From positions 1 through 64,000 of the forward strand of contig NIVC01001898.1 in NCBI GenBank assembly GCA_002269645.1: 64,000 bases of DNA, read 5' to 3'. This DNA comes from Macrostomum lignano. Its lineage: Eukaryota. Below are positions 11,801 through 23,854 of this stretch, in pieces (the stretch's first letter is position 1; the number at the start of each line of letters is the position of its first letter). Position numbers and translations under genes: made by a program. Below the pieces are notes generated by a model. The model saw only the letters and a list, made by a program, of their open reading frames with translations. It did not search any database and was not told the origin of the DNA.

Positions 11801-14800
11801 GCCGCGCTCTCCCAGATCGCATATCTTGGCCGCGCTCTCCCAGATCCCATATCTTGGCCGCTCTCCCAGATCCCATATCTTGGCCGCTCTCTCCCAGATC
11901 CCATATCTTGGCCGCTATCTCCCAGATCCTCAGTTGCTAAGTCGCCTTCCCAGATGCTCAGGTTCACCCCACCACACCTGAGCAGGTCATCGACGTGGCC
12001 GAGACGGCCCTGTCAGCCGTGGAGTTGCTGTCCCGTCGCCACGGCCGCGCTGTACTCCTAGCCGGCGGAGTGTCCGCCTGCCTCCGCCATGTTGACTTCT
12101 TCACCGCCGACATGCAGGCCCGCGCCCTGTCTGTGGCGGCCAACTGCCTTCAGCACGCCAGGCCCACTGACTACCACCTGGTCAGCGACTGCGTCCCACT
12201 GCTCACCGACCGCCTGCGAGTGCCCGACCAGCGCGTCGCCGAGCTGGCCGCCGCCTGCCTTGGCCGCCTCCTAGACAGCTGCCAGTCCGACCGGCGCCTT
12301 CTGGCTCGCCTGGCCTGCCGCTCCGACCTGCTGGCCAGCCTGCAGCAGCTGCTTCTGCTCACCTGCGGCGGCGCCAATAGCGGCGCTTTCGTCGCTGCCG
12401 CCGGCGCCCTCCGCGCCGCCTGCTCCGGCTGCCCGGAGGTGGCCGTCAGACTGCTGAGAGACGGCGGCCTGGCGGAGAGCCTGCACCACCTCATGGCCAG
12501 CAGCGTCGGCTTCGCTACCGGCGGTGTCGGCGGCTCAGCCGCAGCCGCCGCTGCCGCTGCCAACGGTCTTGAAGTTGTTCGCCTAGTCTGCGAGCTACTG
12601 CCGCCGGCTCCGAGCTGCCCGCTGGATCTCTGGTGGCAGCCGCAGCAGCAGCCGCCGCAGTCGCCGCCGCCGCCGCCGCCGCCGCCTGCTCATTCTTCAT
12701 CCTCGGCGGTGTCGCTGTCGACTTCAACGGTTGCTTCGGGCACGACTGTGCAGTGGCAGTGGCGTGACGACAGCGGAGCCTGGGTGGCTTACGCGCCAGA
12801 CGCTAATCGGGCCATCGAGCTGGCCTACAGAGCCGGCGGCAGCGGCCATTCCGAGGTGGCCATCACCGCCGCCGGCCGGCCGTATCTCATCGATTTGGTA
12901 CGGGGCGAACAGGTTAGTGGCGGCTTGTTTAGTGTAGGGGTGATCTTCTATCAGCAGTAAATCCTTTTTGGGGACTTTCCATCAGTCACCTGTATTCCTT
13001 ATTGGGGATTTCCCATCAGTCACCTGTATTCCTTATTGGGGATTTCCCATTAATGCCTTTTTAGGGGATTTCCCATCAATTACTTCGGGTGTGTCAAAAG
13101 TTATGTCACTGATGTGAAAACAGACGAACTTGCAATCGCAGATGAACAAAACTGTACCACTCAACAATATAGAGTCCCCCAATATCAATCACTCTCTGGC
13201 AGTGCTCATACAGCTTGTCCACCTCAGCCTGCAGGTGTTTTTCCTCCAACTGCCATAACCAGTGCAACGCGGCCTGTTTGACCTCTTCATGATTTGCGAA
13301 ACTCTTCTTGGAAAAGTCAGCCTTTAGCCATTTGAACAGGAATCTCTTGCAAAAGTTGAAGTCCGGGCTGTAGGGACTCTGTCAGAGCAGATTCACTCGC
13401 CGTGCAGGTAAAAAATCCGAAACAGGCTTACAGGTGTGCGACCGTGCGGTGTCCACCTGCCACAGAACCTCGTCCAGGAGACATGGATTTGACCGAAGAG
13501 TGCGCCAAAGGACCCCAGTGTGCCGGGCAAAAGCGGATAAAAACTACTGACAATCGAACTTGACGTTTGACCCTCGATGAGACATCTTTGTTTGGCGTAA
13601 AGGCCACCAGCAGCATGGTCTTCTTGTCCGAGACGGACCTGGTGGTCACGGTCGGCAGCAGACCCCAGCTCCCAGCCAGCAGCGATTGTCTGCCTTGCTG
13701 CCCTTGCCATCCAGGTGGAGCCAGCTTTCATCCTCAGCAACCAGGCAGTTTAGGATGTCATTCAAGCCCCGGCTGCTGAACACCTTGCGGATCTGCTTGG
13801 TGCAGGCGTCTTGTCGAGATTCATGGTTATTTTTGTTCGCTGCATAGACGAGTTTTCATCGCGTTGCACTTGCTAAATCTGCTTGGCGTATTCTTGCGAT
13901 AGCTTGGGCCATAAACAACCTATGCACGTCTCAAATGCACTGCTATTGCTTCACTAAGTATACTTTGCAGCTACACTACCCACAAGTCCATGTGCCTACA
14001 TATTTTAGACAGAGGCCTGCAGTGACATCACTTATGACACACCCGAAGTACTTGCCTACGGGTATATTCAATTAGTATTTTCTGGGAATTTTCAATCAGT
14101 ATTTTCAATACCCCAAAAGAAACCGCTTGTTGCGCAATCGCCACGCAGGTAAACGAAGACACCGGCAGTACGCGACCAATCCAACGCCGCCTAGTAGCTG
14201 ATCAGCAGCAGCAGCCGCTGGCCCGTCAGTCGAGCTCATCTGGCGCATCATCAGCCGCTGCCGCCGCCGCGATCGACGCCCGCGCCGAACTGCTAGCCAA
14301 CGGCGGCGATTTGGCGGCCAGGCTGGTGAACTCGCTGCTCAACCCGCTGCTGGATGCCCTGGCCGACTCGCCCAGCCAGCAGCTGCGGCTGGCCTGCCTG
14401 CAGGCCCTCATCCGCCTGGTTGCCGCCAGCCATCCCGGACTGCTGCGTCCGACTCTGTCCGGCTTGCTGCCCGGGCCCGCCTGCACGCTGGCCGCCCTGC
14501 TGGCTGGCCGAGATATCCGGCTAGCGGCCGGGGCCGTCCAGCTGGCCGACCGGCTGTTGCAGCTGTCGTCGCTGCTGCCCGGCCTGCGAGTCTGCCTGCG
14601 TCGTCACGGCGTCGCCCACGGCCTGGAGAAAATCGCCAACGGGGAGCATCCGATTTTCCAGCTCACTCAGGCTGTACAGCAGCCGACGCCGGCGCCTCCG
14701 CCAGCCGAGCTGCAGGAGCCTCAGCAGCGAAGGCGCCGCCGATGCCAGCCGCCTCCGCCGCCACCGCCGCCTCAGCCGCAATCGTTGCTTCCTCCGCTGC

Positions 14801-17800
14801 CCGTTGCGCCGTCGTCAACTGGAGCCTCCGAGCAGCTGCGCATCGCTGTTCGCGACGAGGCGGCCCGCCTGCTCCGTCGGTATCGCCTGCTGGAGACGGG
14901 CGGCGGCGACTCTGCCGCTGTTGCCTCTTCGCCATCCGGTTGCGCCAGCTTTGAGAACGACGCCGCCGCTGCCGCCGCCGCCGCCGCTGCTCGACTGGCG
15001 CAGCTGGCCCGCCGCCTGCCCGACGGCATGTCTGAGCTGGCCAGCCTCATCGCGGGCGCCGGCCACCCGCAGCCCAGCAGCCAGCAGCCGCAGCGTCTGC
15101 AACGCCGCCGACACCGTTCAGGAGCTTCAACCGTCGCAGCCACGTCAGCGACCTCCTCAGACTTGAGCTGCGCCGACCTGAGCCCGTTCGAGCTGCTCAA
15201 CTGCGGCCTGTTGCCCCGCCTGCTCCGCTGCCTGTTGGCCCAGCCCGAACATCAGCGCCAGCATCTTCGCCCGCTGCGCGACCTTCTAGTCGCATTCGGC
15301 GCTCATCAACGCCGCCCGCCTGCCGCATTCCGCGCCCTCATCTGCCGCCTGCTGGCCTGTCTGCACCAGTCTGCGGACCTGTTCCCAGTGCGGGACACGG
15401 CCTCGCTAGGCTTGCTGGCTGGCAGGCAGCTGCGGTGCCGTCTGGTCCGGCATCAGCAGAACTCCGGCTCAGCTGGCGGAGCCTCCGCCGTCGCGTCCGC
15501 CGGCCCTGTGCGCGTAGACCCGCTGGCGCTTGTGCGCACCGTCGAGCGCTATCTGTCTGAGCGGCTGGCCGACTTTCAAGACGACGACGACGAAGATGAA
15601 GACGACGACGACGATGATGATGAAGATGTCGGCGCTGACGACGATGTCGAATTGGATGCTGACGACCGCGGCGACGAGGACGAGGAACTCGATGAGGAAA
15701 ACGATTTCGACGATGAATTCGACGACGAAGACGACTGCGAAGAGGCTGTCGAAGACGATGACGACGAAGAGCTGCCTGATGAGGATGGAAGCGCCGACAC
15801 TTCCGCCGCCGGGGCCGCAGCTTCCGCTAGCGGCACCAATCGCAGTCGCGGCGTGGCGCCGCCGTCCAGCCATCGAATGGGCTCGGCCGGCTCGTCCTCC
15901 GGCGCTGCGGCGATCGGCAGCAGCAGCGGCGGCAGCCGACGCGGCAGCGGAAACTACGGCGGCCTGGACAGTTTCGACGACGATGACGTCGACGAAGAAT
16001 ACGACGATGACGTTGGCGGCGGCGGCGGCGAGCAGGACGATGAAGAGGCCGACGGCGATCCCGGCAGGCGGCGACGGTCCCGACCCCGGCTGGAGCTGCT
16101 CATCGGGGACTCGGTGCTGCCATCGGGCATGTCGATGCTGCAGGCGGTGCGCGTGTACTCGCTCGGCGTCGGCGCCGGCAGTTCCGATAGCAACGACTTT
16201 GTTGGCGTCTCTGCAGCCGATTTGGACGCCGACGTTGAGCAGGACGGTGTGAGTGCTCTGTGGAGCCGGACTCACGCTATCTACTACCGCTATAGGCAGG
16301 CTGCTGCGGCCGCAACTCCGGCAGCGGCCGCAACAGCGACGACATCGAGCTCGACGGCCGCCGTCATCGTTAGTTCCAGTCGGCAGCGTCGCGGAAGCCA
16401 GCGAGCCCTGTCGTCTTCATCATCGGTAATGTCTTCGCAGCAGCAGCAGCAGGCGCAGTCGCCGGGCTGGTGGCAGCGCTGTCAGGAGCTGCTGGGTCAC
16501 CTGGACCCGGTGCCCGAGCCCTGCCGCTCCGTGCTGGGTCTGCTGTCTGTGCTGCACGCGGCCAACAGTCACTACGCGGATCTGTTCGATGCCAGCGAGG
16601 CCGATTCACAGCTGGCCGTGTCGGTCGATACCTTCGAGTCCGGGGGGCCGCTGCTTCATCCGGACGAGTTCGTCAGCGCCAAGCTGACGGCTAAGGTTAG
16701 CTGTTTAATGATTTTTAATGGGGATACGACTTTGATTTTGACATGCCGACATTGATTTTGACATGCCGACTTTGATTTTGACATGCCGACTTTGATTTTG
16801 ACATGCCGACTTTGATTTTGACATGCCGACTTTGATTTTGACATGCCGACTTTGATTTTGACATATCGACATTGATTTTGACATGCTGACTTTGATTTTG
16901 ACATGCCGACTTTGATTTTGACATGCCGACTTTGATTTTGACAGGCTGACTTTGATTTTGACATGCCGACAAATCAATCTTCGATTTCATCCCAATCCGC
17001 AGGTGATCCGCCAGGTGCGCGATCCGCTGTCCCTGCTGACCGGCCACACCCCCGCCTGGATTGGCCGCCTGGCCGCCTCCTGTCCGCAACTGCTCTCGTT
17101 CGAGGCCCGCCACCTGCTGCTCTACGTGCTCAACTTTGATCGAGATCGGGCGCTCGCTCGCCTGCACGAAGTCAACGGAGCCGCCGCCGCCGCTGCCGCC
17201 GCCTCGGCCGCCGCCGCCAACTCCGACCAGGCTTCGTCTGCCGCCGCCAACGCCGCTGCCGCCGCCGCCGCAGCCGCCGCAGTCAGCGCTGTGGCTTCGC
17301 CGTCCTCGTCTTCAACCAGTCGGCACCAGCACCATCATCATCAGCGACAGCAGCATCACCAGCAGCATCAGCAGCAGCAGAGCCGATGGCTTACGCCCCG
17401 GCTGGAGAAGCGCCGGCGCACAGTTAATAGACGCGATCTGCTGGCCTCGGCCGAGCGACTTCTCCGAAGCCGTCGCCGGCCCGCAGCCGGTGGAGGTCGT
17501 GTCGCCGGAGGCGGAGTCCAGCCGCTGCTGGAGGTGAGCTACGAAGGCGAGGTCGGCACCGGCCTGGGCCCCACCCTGGAGTTCTACTCACTGGTTAGCC
17601 GGGAATTCGCCCGGCAAGATCTGGGCATGTGGCGTCAGCGTCAGGACGAACAACGGGAGCTGCTGTACCCCCGGCCGACTCCGCAGTCTTCTGCTGCGGT
17701 CAATCGTCGGCTGATTCGCAGATTCCACAGTCTGGGCAGATTCATGGGCAAAGCTTTGGCCGACTCGCGCAAGCTGGACCTGCCGCTGTCGCCCGCTTTC

Positions 17801-20800
17801 TACTATTGGCTGCTCGGTAGGGAGGCCGAGCTGGCCGCTGGCGGGTACAGGATGCTGGCTTTGGTGAGCCTCTTGCTGCTTTCATTCGATTGCCTCTCGT
17901 GACCACACTTAACTTCTCACGCTCATATATGACTTGCGATGAATTCTAATGGCTTTTCATGACGCTTTATGTCATGACCTCAAATGGCTTTTCATGACGC
18001 TTTATGTCATGACCTCAAATGGCTTTTCATGACGCTTGATATCATGACATCAAATGACTTTTCATGTTTTTATGACCTTTATTGAGCTTTTAACAATAAC
18101 TTAGTTAACCCATTTGATCTTTAATACACCTGTTTTGCCAGGTGGACCCGGTGCTCGCGCGCACCTGGCGCCAGCTAGTGCAGGTGGCGGACAGGCGGCG
18201 CCAGATCCTCGGCGACCAGTCGCACACGCCGGCCACTCGCGACCTGGCGCTGAACGCCCTGACGGCCGAGCTGGGCTGCCCAGTGGAGGAGCTCGGCCTG
18301 GACTTCACCCTGCCCGGCTACCCCGCCGTCGAGCTGCTGCCCGGTGGCTCCGGCATCCCCGTCACCATCGACCGGCTTGACGACTACCTGACCCTGGCCG
18401 CCAGGTGGACTCTCAGCGACGGCGTCCGGCGCCAGATGCGCGCCTACCTGTCCGGCTTTGAGTCCGCTTTCCCGGCGTCCGGCGCGGCCTGGCCATGTTC
18501 CGGCCGGACGAGCTCGAACTGGTCTTTTGCGGCGCCGCTGTTGACCGAGACGACTCCGCCTGGGAGGTCGGCGCTCTGGCCGAGGCCTGCCGGCCCGACC
18601 ACGGCTACACGCTGGAGAGCCGGGCGGTGCGCATGCTGTTCCGGGTCATGTCCGAGTTCGGGCCCGCCGAGCGGCGCGGCTTCCTGCAGTTCGTCACCGG
18701 CTCGCCGCGGCTACCCGTTGGAGGTGCGACTGCCTGCAGAATTGCTTTTGGCCTAGGTCACGGCCTTCCAGATCCTCAGTTGCTGGGTCACGGCCTTCCA
18801 GATCCTCAGTTGCTGGGTCACCGCCTTCCAGATCCTCAGTTGCTGGGTCACCGCCTTCCAGATCCTCAGTTGCTGGGCCACCGCCTTCCAGATCCTCAGT
18901 TGCTGGGTCACCGCCTTCCAGATCCTCAGTTGCTGGGTCACCGCCTTCCAGATCCTCAGTTGCTGGGCCACCGCCTTCCAGATCCTCAGTTGCTGGGTCA
19001 CCGCCTTCCAGATCCTCAGTTGCTGGGTCACCGCCTTCCAGATCCTCAGTTGCTGGGTCACCGCCTTCCAGATCCTCAGTTGCTGGGTCACCGCCTTCCA
19101 GATCCTCAGTTGCTGGGTCACCGCCTTCTAGATCCTCAGTTGCTGGGTCACCGCCTTCCAGATCCTCAGTTGCTGGGTCACCGCCTTCCAGATCCTCAGT
19201 TGCTGGGTCACCGCCTTCCAGATCCTCAGTTGCTGGGTCACCGCCTTCCAGATCCTCAGTTGCTGGGCCAGCCTTCCAGATCCTCAGTTGCTGGGCCAGT
19301 CTTCCAGATCCTCAGTTGCTGGGTCACCGCCTTCCAGATCCTCAGTTGCTGGGTCACCGCCTCCCAGATCCTCAGTTGCTGGGTCACCGCCTTCCAGATC
19401 CTCAGTTGCTGGGCCAGCCTCCCAGATCCTCAGTTGCTGGGCCAGCCTCCCAGATCCTCAGTTGCTGGGTCACCGCCTCCCAGATCCTCAGCTGCTGGGT
19501 CACCGCCTCCAATATCCTCAGCTGCTGGGTCACCGCCTCCAATATTCTCAGTTGCTGGGCCAGCCTCCTAGATCCTCAGTTGCTGGGTCACCGCCTCCCA
19601 GATCCCCAGTTGCTGGGTCACCGCCTCCCATATCCTCAGTTGCTGGGCCAGCCTCCCAGATCCTCAGTTGCTGGGCCAGTCTTCCAGATCCTCAGTTGCT
19701 GGGCCAGCCTTCCAGATCCTCAGTTGCTGGGTCACCGCCTTCCAGATCCTCAGTTGCTAGGTCACCGCCTTCCAGATCCTCAGTTGCTGGGTCACCGCCT
19801 TCCAGATCCTCAGTTGCTGGGTCACCGCCTTCCAGATCCTCAGTTGCTGGGTCACCGCCTTCCAGATCCTCAGTTGCTGGGTCACCGCCTCCCATATCCT
19901 CAGTTGCTGGGCCAGCCTCCCAGATCCTCAGTTGCTGGGCCAGTCTTCCAGATCCTCAGTTGCTGGGCCAGCCTTCCAGATCCTCAGTTGCTGGGCCAGT
20001 CTTCCAGATCCTCAGTTGCTGGGCCAGTCTTCCAGATCCTCAGTTGCTGGGCCAGTCTTCCAGATCCTCAGTTGCTGGGCCAGCCTTCCAGATCCTCAGT
20101 TGCTGGGCCAGTCTTCCAGATCCTCAGTTGCTGGGCCAGCCTTCCAGATCCTCAGTCGCTGGGCCAGTCTTCCAGATCCTCAGTTGCTGGGTCACCGCCT
20201 TCTAGATCCTCAGTTGCTGGGTCACCGCCTTCCAGATCCTCAGTTGCTGGGTCACCGCCTTCCAGATCCTCAGTTGCTGGGTCACCGCCTTCCAGATCCT
20301 CAGTTGCTGGGTCACCGCCTTCCAGATCCTCAGTTGCTGGGCCAGCCTCCCAGATCCTCAGTTGCTGGGCCAGCCTCCCAGATCCTCAGTTGCTGGGTCA
20401 CCGCCTTCCAGATCCTCAGCTGCTGGGTCACCGCCTCCAATATCCTCAGCTGCTGGGTCACCGCCTCCAATATTCTCAGTTGCTGGGCCAGCCTCCCAGA
20501 TCATCAGTTGCTGGGCCAGCCTCCCAGATCCTCAGTTGCTGGCCCAGCCTCCCAGATCCTCAGTTGCTGGGTCACCGCCTCCCAGATCCTCAGCTGCTGG
20601 GTCACCGCCTCCAATATCCTCAGTTGCTGGGCCAGCCTCCAATATCCTCAGTTGCTGGGCCAGCCTCCCAGATCCTCAGTTGCTGGGTCACCGCCTTCCA
20701 GATCCTCAGTTGCTGGGTCACCGCCTTCCAGATCCTCAGTTGCTGGGTCACCGCCTTCCAGATCCTCAGTTGCTGGGTCACCGCCTTCCAGATCCTCAGT

Positions 20801-21638
20801 TGCTGGGTCACCGCCTTCCAGATCCTCAGTTGCTGGGTCACCGCCTTCCAGATCCTCAGTTGCTGGGCCAGCCTCCCAGATCATCAGTTGCTGGGCCAGC
20901 CTCCGAGATCCCCCAGTTGCTGGGTCACCGCCTCCTAGATCCTCAGTTGCTGAGTCACCGCCTCCCGGATCCAGTTACTGGGCCAGCCTCCCAGATCCTC
21001 AGTTGCTGGGCCAGCCTCCCAGATCATCAGTTGCTGGGCCAGCCTCCCAGATCCTCAGTTGCTGGCCCAGCCTCCCAGATCCTCAGTTGCTGGGTCACCG
21101 CCTCCCAGATCCTCAGCTGCTGGGTCACCGCCTCCAATATCCTCAGTTGCTGGGCCAGCCTCCAATATCCTCAGTTGCTGGGCCAGCCTCCCAGATCCTC
21201 AGTTGCTGGGTCACCGCCTCCCAGATCCTCAGTTGCTGGGCCAGCCTCCCAGATGCTCAGTTTCTGGGCCACCGTCTCGCTCCAAGACCTTCCCTCATTC
21301 TCAGGCCCAGGCCCCCACTCAGTCCACCTTCTCAGAGCATTTATGACTATTAGTACTCACCCTATCTGCTCACTCTCACTGAACCTTCAGGCTGGCGCGC
21401 CCTGAACCCGCCGCTAACCATTGTTGCCAAGAAGATCGGCGTGGTGCTGGGCTCCGACTCCCAGCAGCAGCAGCAGTCGGAGTCCACTAGCACAAGCGCT
21501 AGCGCTGATGACTACCTGCCCTCAGCTTCCACCTGCGTCAACTACCTGAAGCTGCCAGACTACTCATCCGTTGAGGTGATGCGGCAGAAGCTGCTGCAGG
21601 CCATGGTAGAGGGCCAGATGGCCTTCCACCTGAGCTGA
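5897..21638 (+). CDS. TRIP12: TRIP12/UFD4-like HECT E3 ubiquitin ligase (ARM repeats, WWE, HECT). join(5897..5964,6185..6227,7012..7250,9081..9302,10860..11748,11986..12912,14149..16695,17003..17863,18142..18723,21391..21638); about 2208 aa once a 1-bp frameshift near 18480 is corrected
   Basis: All nine introns are GT-AG and phase-consistent. TRIP12-type motifs: [38 protein letters not shown], a WWE domain split by intron 6 ([13 protein letters not shown]...[10 protein letters not shown]|[14 protein letters not shown]), [10 protein letters not shown]|[48 protein letters not shown]|[11 protein letters not shown], and the terminal [19 protein letters not shown]...AFHLS* with the catalytic Cys. 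Exons 1-4 are low-complexity and supported only by splice phase. Confidence 0.93.
6290..6790. repeat. 22-bp minisatellite (agtgctgtcacctgttccaatt) in TRIP12 intron 2
   Basis: About 22 tandem copies visible. Confidence 0.95.
7282..7445 (+). mobile_element. possible tRNA-derived SINE remnant in TRIP12 intron 3
   Basis: A-box-like AGCTCAGCGGTA (7287-7298) and exact B-box GGTTCGATTCC (7310-7320), but spacing is too short for a tRNA (no anticodon arm). The 3' boundary is a guess. Confidence 0.4.
7450..7930. repeat. 21-bp minisatellite (ctctaaagacagtgactagat) switching to a 19-bp variant (ctgagaacaatgactagat)
   Basis: Tandem copies; the unit changes at about 7760. Confidence 0.95.
8033..8948. repeat. 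17-bp minisatellite (tagtgcttctgcacttt), highly homogeneous
   Basis: About 54 near-identical copies. Confidence 0.97.
9335..10625. repeat. purine-rich (GA) complex minisatellite filling TRIP12 intron 4
   Basis: Recurring gagacagggagaggagggag and gaagaagagatgagacagg units. Confidence 0.95.
11778..11955. repeat. about 29-bp minisatellite (ctcccagatcccatatcttggccgcgct) in TRIP12 intron 5
   Basis: About 5 copies; the last units resemble the intron 9 array. Confidence 0.9.
12968..13080. repeat. 34-bp repeat (ggggatttcccatcagtcacctgtattccttatt), 2 full plus partial copies
   Basis: Directly visible just upstream of the mariner element. Confidence 0.8.
13083..14048 (-). mobile_element. Tc1/mariner DNA transposon, defective (966 bp), in TRIP12 intron 6
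   Basis: 29-bp TIRs CTTCGGGTGTGTCAAAAGTTATGTCACTG (13083-13111) and CAGTGACATCACTTATGACACACCCGAAG (14020-14048), 27/29 matching, with TA on both sides (13081-82, 14049-50). Minus-strand transposase remnants: [38 protein letters not shown]...FANHEEVK...[12 protein letters not shown]. Frameshifted. Confidence 0.93.
16725..16970. repeat. 20-bp minisatellite (ctttgattttgacatgccga) filling TRIP12 intron 7
   Basis: About 12 copies. Confidence 0.95.
17950..18065. repeat. 35-bp repeat x3 (atggcttttcatgacgctttatgtcatgacctcaa) in TRIP12 intron 8
   Basis: Directly visible. Confidence 0.85.
18755..21270. repeat. 30-bp/28-bp minisatellite (ccttccagatcctcagttgctgggtcaccg) filling TRIP12 intron 9
   Basis: About 2.5 kb. 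Homogeneous 30-mers at the 5' end, then mixed with 28-bp ccagcctcccagatcctcagttgctggg units. Confidence 0.97.
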
Positions 21639-22059
21639 TTGCCGAACTCCCTAGCGAGGCAATATTTTTCATTTTCTCAAATTCGCGATCGCTTCGTTGA
21701 ATTTAATTATTGAATTAACGCTTGAATTTTTTGGTCTTCGTGTGTTTGTGTTTCTCTTTCAACTCATCATATTTTTTTGTGCTTGAAGCTTGCACTGTTC
21801 CCAGTCAGGCTCTGTTCTGCATCATTTTTATTACTTATTAACACAATATGCCTTCTTTTCGTGCAGTTAGGTGGATTGCTTTAATTGCTAAGCTTTTAGA
21901 CCTTCGGCTGCTTGGTCAATTTTAACACTGAGCAAGCGATGGCTATGCTAGTTCTTAAATATAATTATTCAATTATAAGCTTGTTGATGAGTGCTATTGC
22001 GGTCTAGCCACTGCTTGCTCTGTTTATTCTTTTCCTGTCTCTCTTTTCCCTTCCCCTAT

Positions 22060-22900
22060 GCCTCTCATCTCCCCCTGCCTCTCATCTCCCCCTGCCTCTC
22101 ATCTCCCCCTGCCTCTCATCTACCCCTGCCTCTCATCTACCCCTGCCTCTCATCTACCCCTGCCTCTCATCTACCCCTGCCTCTCATCTCCCCCTGCCTC
22201 TCATCTACCCCTGCCTCTCATCTACCCCTGCCTCTCATCTACCCCCGCCTCTCATCTCCCCTGCCTATCATCTCCCCCTGCCTCGCATCTCCCTCTGCCT
22301 CTCATCTCCCCTGCCTCTCATCTCCCCTGCCTCTCATCTCCCCCTGCCTCTCATCTACCCCTGCCTCTCATCTACCCCTGCCTCTCATCTCCCCCTGCCT
22401 ATCATCTCCCCCTGCCTCACATCTCCCTCTGCCTCTCATCTCCCCTGCCTCTCATCTCCCCTGCCTCTCATCTACCCCTGCCTCTCATCTACCCCTGCCT
22501 CTCATCTACCCCTGCCTCTCATCTCCCCTGCCTATCATCTCCCCCTGCCTCACATCTCCCTCTGCCTCTCATCTCCCCTGCCTCTCATCTACCCCTGCCT
22601 CTCATCTACCCCTGCCTCTCATCTCCCCTCTACCTCTCATCTCCCCTACCTCTTATCTCCCCTGCCTCTCATCTCCCCCTGCCTCTCATCTCCCCCTGCC
22701 TCTCATCTCCCCTGCCTCTCATCTCCCCATCTACCTCTCATCTCCCCTGCTTCTCATCTTCCCTCTACCTCTTTTCTCCCCTACCTCCCATCTCACATCT
22801 CCCCTCTACCTCTCATCTCCCCATCTACCTCTCATCTCCCCTGCCTCTCATCCCCCTACCTCTCATCTCCCCCTGCCTCTCATTTTCCCTCTCCCTGCCT
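22060..22900. repeat. pyrimidine-rich minisatellite (cctgcctctcatctcc/ctacc)
   Basis: Tandem 16-17-bp units. Confidence 0.93.
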
Positions 22901-23854
22901 CTCATGTCCCTCACTGCGGCATAAATTAGTCAATACAACCAGCAGATTATTTGCATGCTGCAAGCCGTGAGCTGCCCTGATTTTTTTTTCCGCTAATTTT
23001 CATTTGATGTTGTTTCACTTTGAGCGAGAAAGAAACCCACAGTGCTTCTCCGATTTTTGACCAGTAAAGAGAGAAGTTTAAAGGATAATTACTGTGCTAC
23101 CATTTTTCTGATTGATTGAATTCTTTCCTACAGATTGTTTTGCCAGCCAGTTAAACAGTCTCTGTTGTGTCCGAATAATGCTATTATTATCTAGGATATA
23201 TTACTTATAGTAGTTTTGTTTAGCAAATAGCTGTTATATAATCATTCGGACTGGATTGCGGTTGCGAGCTTTTCCTTTCGGTATAACAATTTCTGTAGTC
23301 GTTAGTTGGCTTAAAAGATCATTTCAAAAAATTGTCTAGCTGTACTTTTTTTTCTAGCGTGTGAACTTTATTTACAATCTAATATTTTCAGCTGTTTTAA
23401 TTTCTGATTTTTTTTCAAAATACATGCTCTACACTATATATACTACTGGCTTCATTAGGCTTACCTTGGCCAGTCTTTAGTAATATATATAATACGCTCT
23501 ATAAATTTTTGCTCGCAGTCTGTTCTGAAACTTTTTTTGCTTTTTTCTCATTATTAACTTCGTTTCTGGTGGCAGTTGCTCCTCTACCCGCACCTTTTTG
23601 ATTGATCCGACGAGAGATTGATTTTGACCATCTACAAGTCTTTATTTTTTGTAAATATTTGAAATTCTGCAGTTGTTAAGTTGGTTCCTCCTGTGCACTT
23701 TGAAATCAGTAAACCTACTATGAAATACAATTTATTGCTACTTATTATTATTAAGCATCACTACTATTAATTATTATTTAGCTCTTTAATTAGCGTGTTC
23801 AAAGCTTATCAAATGGATTTTGTGAAATCTGCAGTCTTTTCTTTGCTTTTTTGC

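Noticed and set aside
10844-16609. Numerous overlapping antisense and alternative-frame ORFs over TRIP12 exons
   Set aside because: Expected shadows of GC-rich, trinucleotide-repeat-rich coding sequence.
18724-21390. ORFs of 300-540 aa continuing from the HECT exon ([10 protein letters not shown] repeats)
   Set aside because: They lie in intron 9. The HECT sequence resumes in phase at 21391, so the repeat peptide is read-through of a 30-bp array.
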